From a virus (lineage: Duplodnaviria > Caudoviricetes), in IMG/VR virus record IMGVR_UViG_3300017492_000028, positions 1-64,000 of that record: DNA of 64,000 bases; one strand, 5' to 3'. The notes beneath the pieces are model-generated. The model was not told the origin of the DNA, did not search any database, and saw only the letters and a list, made by a program, of their open reading frames with translations. Shown here one piece after another: positions 19,858 through 30,849 of the stretch. Both the position numbers and the translations under genes were made by a program. Position 1 is the stretch's first letter; each line of letters opens with the position of its first letter.

Positions 19858-22176
19858 TTAAAACAATCTAAGAGAATTTAATGTTTGTCTCTTTCTAAGC
19901 ATATCATTATTATATTTCTTTCTTGCATTGGAATATGCAGTTGTATCAAGAACACCGTCTTTCATATAATCTTCTTTGTTAGGTTCTTTGATATTGTTAT
20001 AATAACTCCAATCATCAACAAGAGAATTATATAATCTATTACGCATATCCTTGCTAAATGGAACACCCATACTTGCTAATCTTGCAGGAGTACCATGCTC
20101 AGAACCAGCAAGTAACACTGCCTTAGCAATATCGCCTTCATATCTATCAGTGCCAGATTGCAAAAAATTAGTAACAGCATTACTTAACCCACTAAAGCTT
20201 GCATTAAGTGCTTTTGCTCTAGCAAGTTTATAAGCATTATTTTGGTCTTGTTCTCTATTCTTAATCTCTGCAACATCTTTAGACCACTGATTACGAGCAG
20301 CAGCATTTCTACTACGAACAGCTTGTTCATTTTCAGCTTGTCTATTCCTAAGTTCAGCTTCTTTATTAAATTTGGTATCCCAAAGTTTGTTAGCTTCTAT
20401 TGCAGTATTTGTATTATTTGTCTGCATAGCATTTTGAGCAGCCTGCGAGCTAACGGTATTAGAAGCAATAGCTCTATTATTATTAAGTCTTGCTCTTTCA
20501 AGTTCCGCAAGTTGAGCACCAATTCTATATCTTGTATCAAACGGCACTGCCATTTCACTTACAAACTGTGGTGTCTGATAATCTGCTTTAAGATTCTTAT
20601 AAGCATTTGCATTAAACAATCCAAGACTTAATGAACCTAGTGTATCAACTCCTAGTTTTAGATAATCAGAATAATTAAATCTAGCTCCCCATTTATTATC
20701 CTTTACAGGTCGCTTTTTAAAATCTTCTGTTTTATCATCTGTTGGTGTATCAGCAGATTTTTCTTTTGCAGAAAGTTGAGGATAATCTTTTGCTGTTAAA
20801 GCGTTACCATTAATATCACAACCATATATATTCCAATTTTTATTATCATTATAGCCAACAAGTGCTTTAGGTCTTCCACCATATCGCATTGCTATCCTTA
20901 ATTTCTCTACAGGGCGTCTATATAAAAGTGGCACTTCATCTTCAAGTACTTCACCACCATTACGCTTTTTAGTTCCGTCATCATTAATACCATACATTTG
21001 TTTATATAACTCTTGCATAGCAAAAACTTGACTAGGGTTAGCGCCATTAATAACTGCATCAGCTGGACTTATACCATTAAATATAGGCTGAGCAGAGAAT
21101 ATCTTAACATTGGTTGGAGTCTTTTGCATAACCTCGTTATTCTCTGCCTCTATTTCTTTATTACCTACTTTAATGCCAATACCAGTTTTACCATTATGCA
21201 CTTGTTCATGGGTAGCCCCCCGTAGAAGAGATAGATGATTATGACCGAGTGGCATAGCTACTCCTCCGTCTATAACTTTTGTATTACTACCTTGCTTGCT
21301 ACCACCATTTCTATATGTAAGCTCTGGAGCAAAATCAGATTCATTATAACCTGACATGAAACTATTAAAAGCATTGCTTCTGCTCATTGCAGTAGTTCTC
21401 TCTGCGTTTTCCATAGCTTCTTTATTCTTTCTTCTTTGTTCACGAAGAATAGCTTTCTTTTTAGAATTAGCAGAAATCAATGCACCAGCTCCACTAATTA
21501 AAGAACCAAGAAATGCACGATTTCTTGGATAACGTCTAAGTATGCCATAACGAGCAACCATTGGTTTATCTGATAGAATAGTGGAGCTCATTAAACCACT
21601 TGTAGGATTACTAGTTTGTATGCCACTATTACCAGCATCCATATTAGTGTCAGTGCTTGTAGGTGTTGTAGAATCGGATGAATTATCATTGCTATCATCA
21701 CCGTTATTATCACTACCGTCTTTCTTTTTAAACAAACTTCCAATTTTACCTGTAAGCCAACTGTCAATTCCACTATTTGTAACAGCTGCGCCAACGCCTT
21801 GAGTAAATGCTCCCCAAAAATCTCCACCCATTCCAAGATGAGGTCTAATAGTGCTCAATCCACCATTAGGTAAATCTGGTTGACCAAATGTTGTAGGCAT
21901 AGCTTGTTGCTGTGCTTGTGCATCTTTAGCTTTTTGTGCAGCAGCTTGTTGTGCAAGACTACCTTGTTTGCTGCCTTGAGATGCTTGTAATTGCGCTGCT
22001 GCCATATTAGCTTGATTGACACGTTCATCTGCGTCAGCTTGCTTTTGTGCTCCAGCTACTTTAGAACCAGCTATTGCGTTCATTGCGGCACCAGCTATTT
22101 GGCTTGCCGCATTTACAGCCATACCAATAAAAGCCTTATCTCTTCTACCACCATATTTTAATCTTCTGTGGTTCAT
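19858..22176 (-). CDS. Cargo protein 1-like internal virion protein
   Basis: 772 aa directly after the muzzle gene; recurring YGG/NGG/MGG motifs plus Ala/Gly-rich hydrophobic helices. Confidence 0.6.
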   Translation of the reverse strand: MNHRRLKYGGRRDKAFIGMAVNAASQIAGAAMNAIAGSKVAGAQKQADADERVNQANMAAAQLQASQGSKQGSLAQQAAAQKAKDAQAQQQAMPTTFGQPDLPNGGLSTIRPHLGMGGDFWGAFTQGVGAAVTNSGIDSWLTGKIGSLFKKKDGSDNNGDDSNDNSSDSTTPTSTDTNMDAGNSGIQTSNPTSGLMSSTILSDKPMVARYGILRRYPRNRAFLGSLISGAGALISANSKKKAILREQRRKNKEAMENAERTTAMSRSNAFNSFMSGYNESDFAPELTYRNGGSKQGSNTKVIDGGVAMPLGHNHLSLLRGATHEQVHNGKTGIGIKVGNKEIEAENNEVMQKTPTNVKIFSAQPIFNGISPADAVINGANPSQVFAMQELYKQMYGINDDGTKKRNGGEVLEDEVPLLYRRPVEKLRIAMRYGGRPKALVGYNDNKNWNIYGCDINGNALTAKDYPQLSAKEKSADTPTDDKTEDFKKRPVKDNKWGARFNYSDYLKLGVDTLGSLSLGLFNANAYKNLKADYQTPQFVSEMAVPFDTRYRIGAQLAELERARLNNNRAIASNTVSSQAAQNAMQTNNTNTAIEANKLWDTKFNKEAELRNRQAENEQAVRSRNAAARNQWSKDVAEIKNREQDQNNAYKLARAKALNASFSGLSNAVTNFLQSGTDRYEGDIAKAVLLAGSEHGTPARLASMGVPFSKDMRNRLYNSLVDDWSYYNNIKEPNKEDYMKDGVLDTTAYSNARKKYNNDMLRKRQTLNSLRLF

Positions 22177-22177
22177 A

Positions 22178-25100
22178 TTAATATTGATTTAAGTTTATAT
22201 TTAATGTTTCTAGCATAAAATCTTTGCGTCTGTCAATTATCAAACGCACGACTATATATTTACCGTATATTACTGATTTATTATCAGAGCCTTTAAGTTC
22301 ATCATCAGTTTTCTTTAATGCTTGTTGCTTGCGCAATTCTTCCATTGATATTTCTTTTGTAATGAAATTACCATTTTCGTCTTGCGCGACAATAGTTGTT
22401 TTTAATTCTTCTACATTGTTTACTTCTAAATCATCTGTTGACAATCTGTTTCTGAAGTAATTAATATTCCATGTACCTTTATTATAGAACGGATATTTAT
22501 AATTATTCATTACATTTATATTCTTATTATCAACATAAATGTCAAGCAAACCGCTATAACAACTATCACTGTAAACAGTCAAAGCATTTCCGCTATATTT
22601 TCTGTATCTGTCAACATTGTCAAACATACCAAGAGATTTATCTATCGTATTAAGTATGTAATTAATACTTTCAATACACTTGGTTGTTTCATAAGCATTA
22701 TTGACAATAACATCTACATAAGATGCAAATACTCCATCAACCTTAAACGAAGGAATATAGCTATGCTCTGTATCTGTAAGTTCAAGATAATCATAACTGT
22801 TTTTATCAAATACAAACAGTTTATTATTAGCTTTTACTTCATTATACAAATAAAGTTTATTATATGTATTATAACCACGAGTAAATGAAAAATCATGCAA
22901 ACTTATATATTTATGCAGATTTAAATCATAACTAAGAGTTATTGTTTGACACATTGATAACTCGCGTTTGGCACTACCATTTGGAACATACCAAATACAT
23001 ATTAGTAACCTGTTTGTAAAATCATAAGCAAATCTAACACTTACAATATCAAGTTTTTTAAGAAATTGGTCTATATCAGATGACAATATCTTAGGTGTGC
23101 TTTCATCAAATCTAAATATATTCTTTGTAAGGTGGTCATACCAAATATATCCAGCAGGACAAAGAAGACAATCATAATTATCTTGTAATCCACCCCAACC
23201 ATTTTGCGTTGGAAACAACTCTGAATATTGTACATCAAATGTATCTTTTATTTCTGGAGTAAGTTTTGATGAAAGACGTGGAGACCTATCAAATTGAAAT
23301 ATAGAATTTTCAGTATGAATTAACAACGTAGTACCAACACCGATAATGTTTGTAATTTCTCCTTTGTTTTCATGTATAATTCTATATTGGTCTGTTTCAA
23401 ATTGTCTAAATCTATTTTCATAGCTTTCATCACTTATTTGATTACTTCTCCAAATGGTTGTTGGGAATGTATTAAGATATTGCTGTTCTCTATAATTAGT
23501 GTACGTTTTACTTGGTTTAGCAGTATATGCTGCCTGTATTTCAAGAAAATCACCAATTTTATTTGGAAGAATTACATTACTTGTATATGTACCAATAAGT
23601 TTATTACTTGCATCTATAAACGTTTGTTGTATAATTTCATAATCCTGTTTTACATTATAAGTATAAATTGGAATATCACTATAAACATAATCTGTAGCAT
23701 TTGCTATATCATAATCAACTTGTGATTGCGATAAAGAAGTAATACTAAGACTATCTGCATTTGCTATAATATTTTGCGCATAAAGAATACTAACTTCTCT
23801 ATTTATAAATCCATGCAAATATTCATTAGTCCAATTATGCTTTTTCTTAGTAAAATAACGAGGAGTTAATTGATATAATGTTTTTACATCGTTTTTATAT
23901 TCAACATCTTTTGTTGTATAAATTATATCCCCATCGGTAGCATTAACGGATTCTACTTCTATAGCATTTTCTGATAATTTATTAAACTTATCATATTTAT
24001 AAGTTACAGTTGTTGTAGTTCCAGCCGTGCCTCCAGCAATATTTGGAAAATGATAAATTAAATCATCATATATTACTCTGCAATTAGTGAAGTAATAACT
24101 ACTGTCTATTTGAGTATAAATATTCCAATTAACAGATTTAATTATATCTTCATAAGTATAAAAATAACCTATATAATTATCATTATAATATTTCTCATTA
24201 TCAGCTGTAAACTTATATATTGTATTTGGATTACATTCTCTTACAAGTGTTTCACATGTTACAGGATAACCAAGTGTTACAGTATAATCAGAACGTATAA
24301 AATGCTTGAATATATTATAATTCTGATAAGGCAGGAGTGTACGAGGTATGTTTATATTATCAGTAACTTTATACTTGCTTGGTACATTAGTTATGTTTAC
24401 ATTATTTTTAATGCTATCAGCTTTTTCATTTTTATCTTCCTTTAATGATATTTCAGCACTACATTTAAGTTTTGCATTACTAAATTTAGCAGGTTGATAT
24501 TCCCAAGCATGAGTATTCGTAGAAAGAGTTTTATCTGCATTTTGATAAATTAAACGTGGAACCCATCTATCCCAAGCCTCTTTACGGTCACCTTTTTTAT
24601 TCATCTTAAACTGTTCTGAAGCAAGATATATAGTTTCACCGTCTAGAGTTGCATTTCTAGCACCACTTAAATGTAAAGCTCTATATGATAAGGCAACAGT
24701 CATATTATAATTATTAACTGATGTGAGAAACACAGCTTGAGGGGCTGAAGTGCCGTATTTCATAGCTCGTAATGGGGCTATAGCATTATGATGTTTGCCT
24801 ACAACTTGTGCAAAAGTTTTATCTAATAATGCTACTTCATTATCTTTGTTAACATATAATTCAAAAGCTGGAATAGGATTTGTTTCTGCATCACTTTTAT
24901 CACGACTATATGTTTCACAGGCATTTTTATAATTAGAATCAAGATTACTATTCCAAACTAATTCATCTATGTCTGGATAATCTAGATTCTCGCTATATAA
25001 CATTTTTCCTTGAAATATATTATCATCATTATTTGTTTTTGCATCAACATCCGCTTTTACATAATCAGCACATTTATCTGATAACTTAGTCATAGTTCTA

Positions 25101-26674
25101 ACTTTACCATTCCACCATAATACAATTCCTGTAGGAGTACTACGTCTAGAACAAACACTAAGCAAAACTGAAAGTTTAACTATAACGTTTTTATCAGCAT
25201 CATCGCTACTTTTACCGGGATTTTCTTGACAATATATTTGATCGCAAGCATAAGCACCATTTACAAGATTCTCTAGTTTATTAGCATCATTTTGTGATGC
25301 AGAATTATCAGAATAATCTATAACATAATTACTGAACATTTCATTAAATATGTCATAGACATCACTAGGATTAACTTGATACCAAGTACCGATTAATCCA
25401 TAATCATCCAATCCTGTAACTTTACTAATTTCTACAGTTTTTTCTAGTGATATATTATCACTATGATACATGAAATCAAAATATAAAGTAACAGTATCAT
25501 TATTTATATTTCCTGTATTTATAGAATTATTATAGTAAGTAGTAGTTTTATCAGCTGTTGCTCCCGTTTCAAGATAACCCTCTACTTCAGATTTCGTTTC
25601 ATCATAATGTGTAAAATAATTAGCACAATATAATCTATTACTATAATTGCATAATGATTTTACATTAAATATTGCAGACGGAGAACGTAATAAATCATCT
25701 ATAGAAACTTCTGTGATATATTCATTATTATATAAAGAAAATTGCAAAAAGTTATCTGTCAGCTTTAAATCAAGAAAATATCTACCAACTACATTTGCTT
25801 CATGTTTAAATATGTAAGCAACTTCAGCAACACTATATTTCCAGCTTTCATCAATATTTTCTAATTGTATTGTTATTAAATAAGGACTATATCCCTCTTT
25901 ATTAACAATATATGATTTGAACTTTTGAGTATTAGCACTATCGAGAGCAAATCCTATCTGATAAAAATGCTTTGGCTTTTTCTTTTGATTATTATTAGTA
26001 ATTATAATATCATCGGTTAATTGAAACCAATTAGTATAATCATAATTATTAATTTTAAATCTGATAAAGAAAGTATATACACCTGTTATAAGATTTCCAC
26101 CATTTCTAATATATCTATCAATATTAAATCTTGGAATATCAGGATTTATTTTGAGTATATTATTATCATTATATTTAACTAATCCATTAGAACTTTGCTC
26201 TTCATAATCATCATTTGTAATAAGCGTCCAAGAGCGTAATGGATATTTTGTATAATTGGTTTTATCGCAGTCTTCTGCATATTCACAAACAGCAACAATA
26301 TATCTGCCAGCAGGGTCAGTTGTATAATCACCAATAAATCTTGTATTGCCTACATGTTTCCAATCATGTTCGCACTCATTAATAGTACGTTTGCCATTTG
26401 TATCAATTTCATTATTTACAATATAGATATGACTTTTGTCATTATCCTCGTCATAAGTAAATATAATTAGGTCTTTTACTGTTGGTATCACTCCAACAAT
26501 ATAACCCTCGATTTTACTATCATTAATAAGATTGGCAAGCACATCTTTAAAACCAGGCTCTCGTATGATATTTATAGTATCAGAGTCTATACAAATATTC
26601 CTAGCGGCAACAAGACTACCGTTAGGAACTGATTTATATGATTTACCAAGTGAAAGTTCTTTATTTATATCCAT
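22178..26674 (-). CDS. Tail muzzle / stabilization protein (P22 gp10-like)
   Basis: 1498 aa; typical N-terminus and C-terminal SELFPTQNGWGGLQ...GYIWYD region; synteny. Confidence 0.75.
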   Translation of the reverse strand: MDINKELSLGKSYKSVPNGSLVAARNICIDSDTINIIREPGFKDVLANLINDSKIEGYIVGVIPTVKDLIIFTYDEDNDKSHIYIVNNEIDTNGKRTINECEHDWKHVGNTRFIGDYTTDPAGRYIVAVCEYAEDCDKTNYTKYPLRSWTLITNDDYEEQSSNGLVKYNDNNILKINPDIPRFNIDRYIRNGGNLITGVYTFFIRFKINNYDYTNWFQLTDDIIITNNNQKKKPKHFYQIGFALDSANTQKFKSYIVNKEGYSPYLITIQLENIDESWKYSVAEVAYIFKHEANVVGRYFLDLKLTDNFLQFSLYNNEYITEVSIDDLLRSPSAIFNVKSLCNYSNRLYCANYFTHYDETKSEVEGYLETGATADKTTTYYNNSINTGNINNDTVTLYFDFMYHSDNISLEKTVEISKVTGLDDYGLIGTWYQVNPSDVYDIFNEMFSNYVIDYSDNSASQNDANKLENLVNGAYACDQIYCQENPGKSSDDADKNVIVKLSVLLSVCSRRSTPTGIVLWWNGKVRTMTKLSDKCADYVKADVDAKTNNDDNIFQGKMLYSENLDYPDIDELVWNSNLDSNYKNACETYSRDKSDAETNPIPAFELYVNKDNEVALLDKTFAQVVGKHHNAIAPLRAMKYGTSAPQAVFLTSVNNYNMTVALSYRALHLSGARNATLDGETIYLASEQFKMNKKGDRKEAWDRWVPRLIYQNADKTLSTNTHAWEYQPAKFSNAKLKCSAEISLKEDKNEKADSIKNNVNITNVPSKYKVTDNINIPRTLLPYQNYNIFKHFIRSDYTVTLGYPVTCETLVRECNPNTIYKFTADNEKYYNDNYIGYFYTYEDIIKSVNWNIYTQIDSSYYFTNCRVIYDDLIYHFPNIAGGTAGTTTTVTYKYDKFNKLSENAIEVESVNATDGDIIYTTKDVEYKNDVKTLYQLTPRYFTKKKHNWTNEYLHGFINREVSILYAQNIIANADSLSITSLSQSQVDYDIANATDYVYSDIPIYTYNVKQDYEIIQQTFIDASNKLIGTYTSNVILPNKIGDFLEIQAAYTAKPSKTYTNYREQQYLNTFPTTIWRSNQISDESYENRFRQFETDQYRIIHENKGEITNIIGVGTTLLIHTENSIFQFDRSPRLSSKLTPEIKDTFDVQYSELFPTQNGWGGLQDNYDCLLCPAGYIWYDHLTKNIFRFDESTPKILSSDIDQFLKKLDIVSVRFAYDFTNRLLICIWYVPNGSAKRELSMCQTITLSYDLNLHKYISLHDFSFTRGYNTYNKLYLYNEVKANNKLFVFDKNSYDYLELTDTEHSYIPSFKVDGVFASYVDVIVNNAYETTKCIESINYILNTIDKSLGMFDNVDRYRKYSGNALTVYSDSCYSGLLDIYVDNKNINVMNNYKYPFYNKGTWNINYFRNRLSTDDLEVNNVEELKTTIVAQDENGNFITKEISMEELRKQQALKKTDDELKGSDNKSVIYGKYIVVRLIIDRRKDFMLETLNINLNQY

Positions 26675-26677
26675 ACT

Positions 26678-27445
26678 TTAATTATTTCTTGGGTCAAATG
26701 TACTATTATAAAAGAAATTGCGCCAACCCTCATCTTTATTCATTTTAGCTTTTGCAGAAGCAGCAGCTTTCGGTCTAAGGGTATTCCACTGTAAATAAGG
26801 ATTTGTAACAGGTGAATTAGATTTTAAATCATATACAGGATGATGACTACCTCTACTAAGGTGTTTAAATAGAATATACCATGCTAGTGCTTCTAGCAAA
26901 AGACCATCATCATAAATATACGGAACTTCACAATTAAAATAATCATCATAATAAGTAGCAACTTCGTTTGTTTCAACTGTGATACTATCTGTATCAAAGT
27001 TTAACTCAATGCTATTTCCAGAAACAACAAAGTTTCTACTTGAATCATTAGATATTACACTTGCTACTCGCATAAAATTAGTCCCTGTAGTATTGGTGTC
27101 ATCAATAATAGCAATGACATCTTCACTAGTTTGTGTGGAACCCCCCGTAGAAGAATTGTTGCATGAACAATTACTTGATGAGCTATCATTAGCTGCTTCT
27201 ATTTCACAGCCATTTTCATCATATACCTTAATGTCATTAGCATCTAATGAACAAGGAAATGTAGCAATTTTATCTGTAACCTCAAGAGTACGTTTCTTAC
27301 GTTCTCTAGGCAAACATTTCATTTGGCTAAGAGCGTCTATAACCCATGCAGCACAACGCGGTATCCAATCACTTTCACTAATATTAAAGTCATTATCTAC
27401 CTTCGCTACAAGCCTTTGCATACTTATATATGTATTGATTTTCAT
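26678..27445 (-). CDS. Tail tubular / ring protein (P22 gp4-like)
   Basis: Start moved to MKINTY at 27445; upstream of muzzle as in crAss-like tail modules. Confidence 0.6.
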   Translation of the reverse strand: MKINTYISMQRLVAKVDNDFNISESDWIPRCAAWVIDALSQMKCLPRERKKRTLEVTDKIATFPCSLDANDIKVYDENGCEIEAANDSSSSNCSCNNSSTGGSTQTSEDVIAIIDDTNTTGTNFMRVASVISNDSSRNFVVSGNSIELNFDTDSITVETNEVATYYDDYFNCEVPYIYDDGLLLEALAWYILFKHLSRGSHHPVYDLKSNSPVTNPYLQWNTLRPKAAASAKAKMNKDEGWRNFFYNSTFDPRNN

Positions 27446-28340
27446 TTCTAATAAATTTAGTATATTCCTGTGGATAACGTTTAAGATATAATGTAAGTTT
27501 CTTTGCAATGTCAAGTGGAAGATTTAATATATCATCTTTGGTTTTGCAAGTTGCAAGTATTTCATCATACGACATATTTTTATAATTACGACCAATATAT
27601 TCTGTACGGAATATTTTTACTGAATGTCCATGAGTTACTCTACAATTTATTAATATTAGCTCATACGCATGATCTCCTGTAAGATAAATACGTGGGTCTT
27701 CTGCGTCATATTCAATGCCATATTTCTTGCACCAAAGATATGTTTCTCTATCCCAAACTTTACCACCATTAGCTTTTATTTCTGCTTTTCGTTTATTTGT
27801 TTCTCGAAAATTTATTGCCTTACGATTACCTTTTAGTTTGAATCGATTAAACAACATACATCCAAGCATACCACTCATTACATATCCATTTCCATTATCA
27901 ATCATCTCTTTGTGAACCTGCGAATAATATACACGAAGAATATCTCTATACTTAAAATAATCCAAGTCATATTTCTTTTCTTCTAACGCAAGTTTATCTT
28001 CATCCTCTTTAAGAGCTTTTTGAAAAGAAGCTAATTTATAAATATCTAGTAGTTCCATTACTACTTGATATTGATTTTTCTTATTCATAAAAAGAGCTTT
28101 AGCTGCTTTAAGGAATGTACCGTCTGTATATTTATTATCTTGATACTCGTCATAGTCATAAGGGTTAAAATGATAGTGAGTATTTACAAAATCAGTACTT
28201 TTCTCTACTTTAGCTTTAAGTTCTTCTATTCTATTTTCTAGTGCCTGTATTTTCTCTTTGTATCTTTTAATTGTGATTTTGGCTCTAATATGAAACCATT
28301 TATAATAATCACTAATACCTATAGGCAGTTCTTCAATCAT
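27393..28340 (-). CDS. Conserved crAss-like basic protein (IHF/HU-related gene 53 position)
   Basis: 315 aa, K/Y-rich; synteny only. Confidence 0.45.
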   Translation of the reverse strand: MIEELPIGISDYYKWFHIRAKITIKRYKEKIQALENRIEELKAKVEKSTDFVNTHYHFNPYDYDEYQDNKYTDGTFLKAAKALFMNKKNQYQVVMELLDIYKLASFQKALKEDEDKLALEEKKYDLDYFKYRDILRVYYSQVHKEMIDNGNGYVMSGMLGCMLFNRFKLKGNRKAINFRETNKRKAEIKANGGKVWDRETYLWCKKYGIEYDAEDPRIYLTGDHAYELILINCRVTHGHSVKIFRTEYIGRNYKNMSYDEILATCKTKDDILNLPLDIAKKLTLYLKRYPQEYTKFIRNENQYIYKYAKACSEGR

Positions 28341-28343
28341 ACT

Positions 28344-29033
28344 TTAATTGAATTTAATATTATTTTGAATCTCATCTGTTTCACGATGAGTTTGTACCAA
28401 ATTACGCTTATATATAATTTCTGTAATCTGACCTATCATATCCTCTGGGAGAAGCCATTCATTTTCATCCATTGCAATATCCCATTTATCGGTTTCACCA
28501 TTATTTGCTTCAATAACATTAGGATGTTCAAAAGCAGACTCAATAACTATTGCTCCCTGCTCAAAAGGATAATTATCAGCAGGAAATATATAAATAAACC
28601 CATTAATATAATCATATCTAGGCATAGCACACATACCCGGCAAACTACTTGTAAACCGTGCAGCTGCTTCTTTAATAAATGGTATTTCTCGATTCGTTTT
28701 ATAACCTACTGTAGAAACTCTATCAAATGGCAGATTATTAGTCAAACGAACAGGACGTGGAACTTTTTGTTGTGTTCTTTTAATGGTTTCTATATCTGAC
28801 GTATCAATATCTAATCCGTCAAGATTTGGATCACCGTCAGGAACATCAATAAGACTAACTTTATATCTTTGAGTTAGTCCTTTATCAACATAACCATGAT
28901 TTTCATAGCTATGTCTGATAAGCTCGTTTCTTGTATGTATTATAAGGAGCTTAAGATTTTCTCTAAGTGCTCTATTATTAGGTTGTCCCAGAGAATGACT
29001 TAACTCACTTACTAGTTGCGCAATACTAGCCAT
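28344..29033 (-). CDS. Conserved tail structural protein (ring/hub)
   Basis: 229 aa; first gene of the tail operon. Confidence 0.5.
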   Translation of the reverse strand: MASIAQLVSELSHSLGQPNNRALRENLKLLIIHTRNELIRHSYENHGYVDKGLTQRYKVSLIDVPDGDPNLDGLDIDTSDIETIKRTQQKVPRPVRLTNNLPFDRVSTVGYKTNREIPFIKEAAARFTSSLPGMCAMPRYDYINGFIYIFPADNYPFEQGAIVIESAFEHPNVIEANNGETDKWDIAMDENEWLLPEDMIGQITEIIYKRNLVQTHRETDEIQNNIKFN

Positions 29034-29063
29034 ATATTTATGTTTAAATTGTTATTCAAGAAA

Positions 29064-29186
29064 ACGCTCCACAGAAGCGTTATGAAGAAAACTTTAAATC
29101 AAAACAAATTACTATCATTAACCCTAAAATTCAAAAATACGAAAACTAATTCAAACTCAATCATTAACATTACTTCTGTGGAGCGT
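29064..29186. repeat. Perfect 14-bp inverted repeat enclosing 95 nt
   Basis: ACGCTCCACAGAAG 29064-29077; CTTCTGTGGAGCGT 29173-29186. Confidence 0.9.
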
Positions 29187-29250
29187 GGAGATAAACTAAC
29201 ATCATCACTGACATTAATGTTATCCCTATAATAAAAACTCATCGCAAAGA

Positions 29251-29281
29251 CAAATATAGCATTTTTATTTGTACCAACAAA
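29251..29281 (-). promoter_or_regulatory. Bacteroidota sigma70-type promoter for the tail/cargo/RNAP operon
   Basis: TTTG(29281-78)-19 nt-TATATTTG(29258-51), matching TTTG-N19-21-TAnnTTTG. Confidence 0.75.
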
Positions 29282-29408
29282 ACAGCATACTTGAGTATAT
29301 GGCACTGTGTGCGCACACAATTACAGAAAAATAGCCGTCATAATAGATTAATCGACTGAAAACCAAACGCTTACAAAAATAAAATTAAACTACTGAAACT
29401 ATCAGTAC

Positions 29409-29446
29409 AAAATAAAGGAGTATCAATATTGCTATCAATACTCCTT
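29409..29446 (-). terminator. Intrinsic terminator ending the accessory cassette
   Basis: AAGGAGTAT...ATACTCCTT stem followed by TATTTTG on the minus strand. Confidence 0.7.
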
Positions 29447-29457
29447 AAACAAACAAC

Positions 29458-29922
29458 TTAAAGAACACTATACCAATCTATAGGCTCACCTTTTCTACAC
29501 ATATCTGCATACCAACGATTAAACGGTAAACCGTCATATCCGTCTGCGTCATCAAGAACATCTCTAATATAATAACATAGATGAGCATCATCGGGAATAC
29601 TACTTCCTAGAAAATCTGCTTTGCACTGATTAGCAAGATAAACATAATCATATAAAACATTATTTTCTAAAGTTACTCCATATAAATGAAGTTTTTTGTC
29701 AACGTCATCTTTTGTTAATATTTTAATACGATTATTATTTTTATCAGTCATAAGATTAACTGCATAATCACAAAGTTTGTGATTGAAATGTCTGCCATTA
29801 TGACGAAGATAATTAATCATATCTTCAGGAAGTTCATCATATATATCAAGGGAATCTTTACCAATCATATCTATGTGATATATTCCTTCTACGGGGGGTA
29901 TAGTCTGAATTGTCATATTCAC
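29458..29922 (-). CDS. Hypothetical protein (conserved gut-phage cassette gene)
   Basis: 154 aa; YLRHNGRHFN..LC.YA and DYVYLANQCKADF..SS..D motifs; start uncertain (overlaps upstream gene). Confidence 0.7.
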   Translation of the reverse strand: MNMTIQTIPPVEGIYHIDMIGKDSLDIYDELPEDMINYLRHNGRHFNHKLCDYAVNLMTDKNNNRIKILTKDDVDKKLHLYGVTLENNVLYDYVYLANQCKADFLGSSIPDDAHLCYYIRDVLDDADGYDGLPFNRWYADMCRKGEPIDWYSVL

Positions 29923-30052
29923 TCGTATTTCTACTGCGAGAATATGTTTCTTCTTCCATACAATCTTCTATGTCGCAAAGCATGTCTTTTATCTTATTAA
30001 CATACTGTGTAACTTTATTTGTATTACTTCTATGTTCTACCATAATTATCAT
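29858..30052 (-). CDS. Small hypothetical protein (cassette)
   Basis: 64 aa, charged, ends in RRR..RY. Confidence 0.6.
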   Translation of the reverse strand: MIIMVEHRSNTNKVTQYVNKIKDMLCDIEDCMEEETYSRSRNTSEYDNSDYTPRRRNISHRYDW

Positions 30053-30519
30053 ACTGTTTTATTTTGTTTATTAAACATTTCCAGCAATTTGTCAAGTTTA
30101 TTTTCTAGATTATCAATCTTTTCATCACGAGCTTTATCTTTAGCAAATTGTGGATTAAGGTCTTTAAGTATTGCTTCACAAGCAGTTATATTATCTTTAT
30201 ACATGTCTATATTATTAATAATATCTCTACTATTTTGAAGTAATGCTTCTACTTCATTTTGAAGACCTTGTTTAGTTTCACTTAAAACTAATTTACCATT
30301 ATTATAAGTAACACTACTTGCATCACCGGGAATGTTACAATAATCAAATACAGCTCCATTAGTTTTAACTTTAATATTAATTGTAGGAGTTAATGTGTAA
30401 CCCCCCGTAGAAGAAATGTTTGATGATTGAACACTTGTTACTTCTCCTATTTTAATTACAGGTTTAGCTGTTTTATCAAGAATATAAACAGAATTACCTT
30501 GACAAATTGTTGAAAACAT
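30049..30519 (-). CDS. Hypothetical protein with C-terminal coiled coil (cassette)
   Basis: 156 aa; ILKDLNPQFAKDKARDEKI. Confidence 0.7.
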   Translation of the reverse strand: MFSTICQGNSVYILDKTAKPVIKIGEVTSVQSSNISSTGGYTLTPTINIKVKTNGAVFDYCNIPGDASSVTYNNGKLVLSETKQGLQNEVEALLQNSRDIINNIDMYKDNITACEAILKDLNPQFAKDKARDEKIDNLENKLDKLLEMFNKQNKTV

Positions 30520-30521
30520 AA

Positions 30522-30836
30522 TTATACTATTAATTGAAGTTTATTACTTGGTTTATCAAAAAGTAAAATATGAATACCTGCTGTAAGTGCAGTTACTGCC
30601 TCATCATTATTACTTGTTAACGCAAGACTTGAATCATTAACCGTTATATTTATTCCTGTTGCAGTTGTAACAGCTGCACTAAAATTAACAACAATCAATC
30701 CACGAAGTCCTACAAATCTAAAAGTATGATTGGGCATTGTATAAGCTGCATCGGTAGTTGAACTACCAGCACTTGATTGAGTAGCATTTCCTATTGGAAT
30801 ACCACCTCTATTGCCGATGAACTCATTTGTAATCAT
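30522..30836 (-). CDS. Hypothetical beta-rich protein (cassette)
   Basis: Start moved to MITNEF at 30836, with GGAGGAG upstream. Confidence 0.65.
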   Translation of the reverse strand: MITNEFIGNRGGIPIGNATQSSAGSSTTDAAYTMPNHTFRFVGLRGLIVVNFSAAVTTATGINITVNDSSLALTSNNDEAVTALTAGIHILLFDKPSNKLQLIV

Positions 30837-30849
30837 ATTTACTCCTCCA

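Noticed and set aside
29099-29320. 73-aa minus-strand ORF in the tail-operon leader
   Set aside because: Spans the predicted promoter and IR, has no convincing protein features; treated as non-coding.
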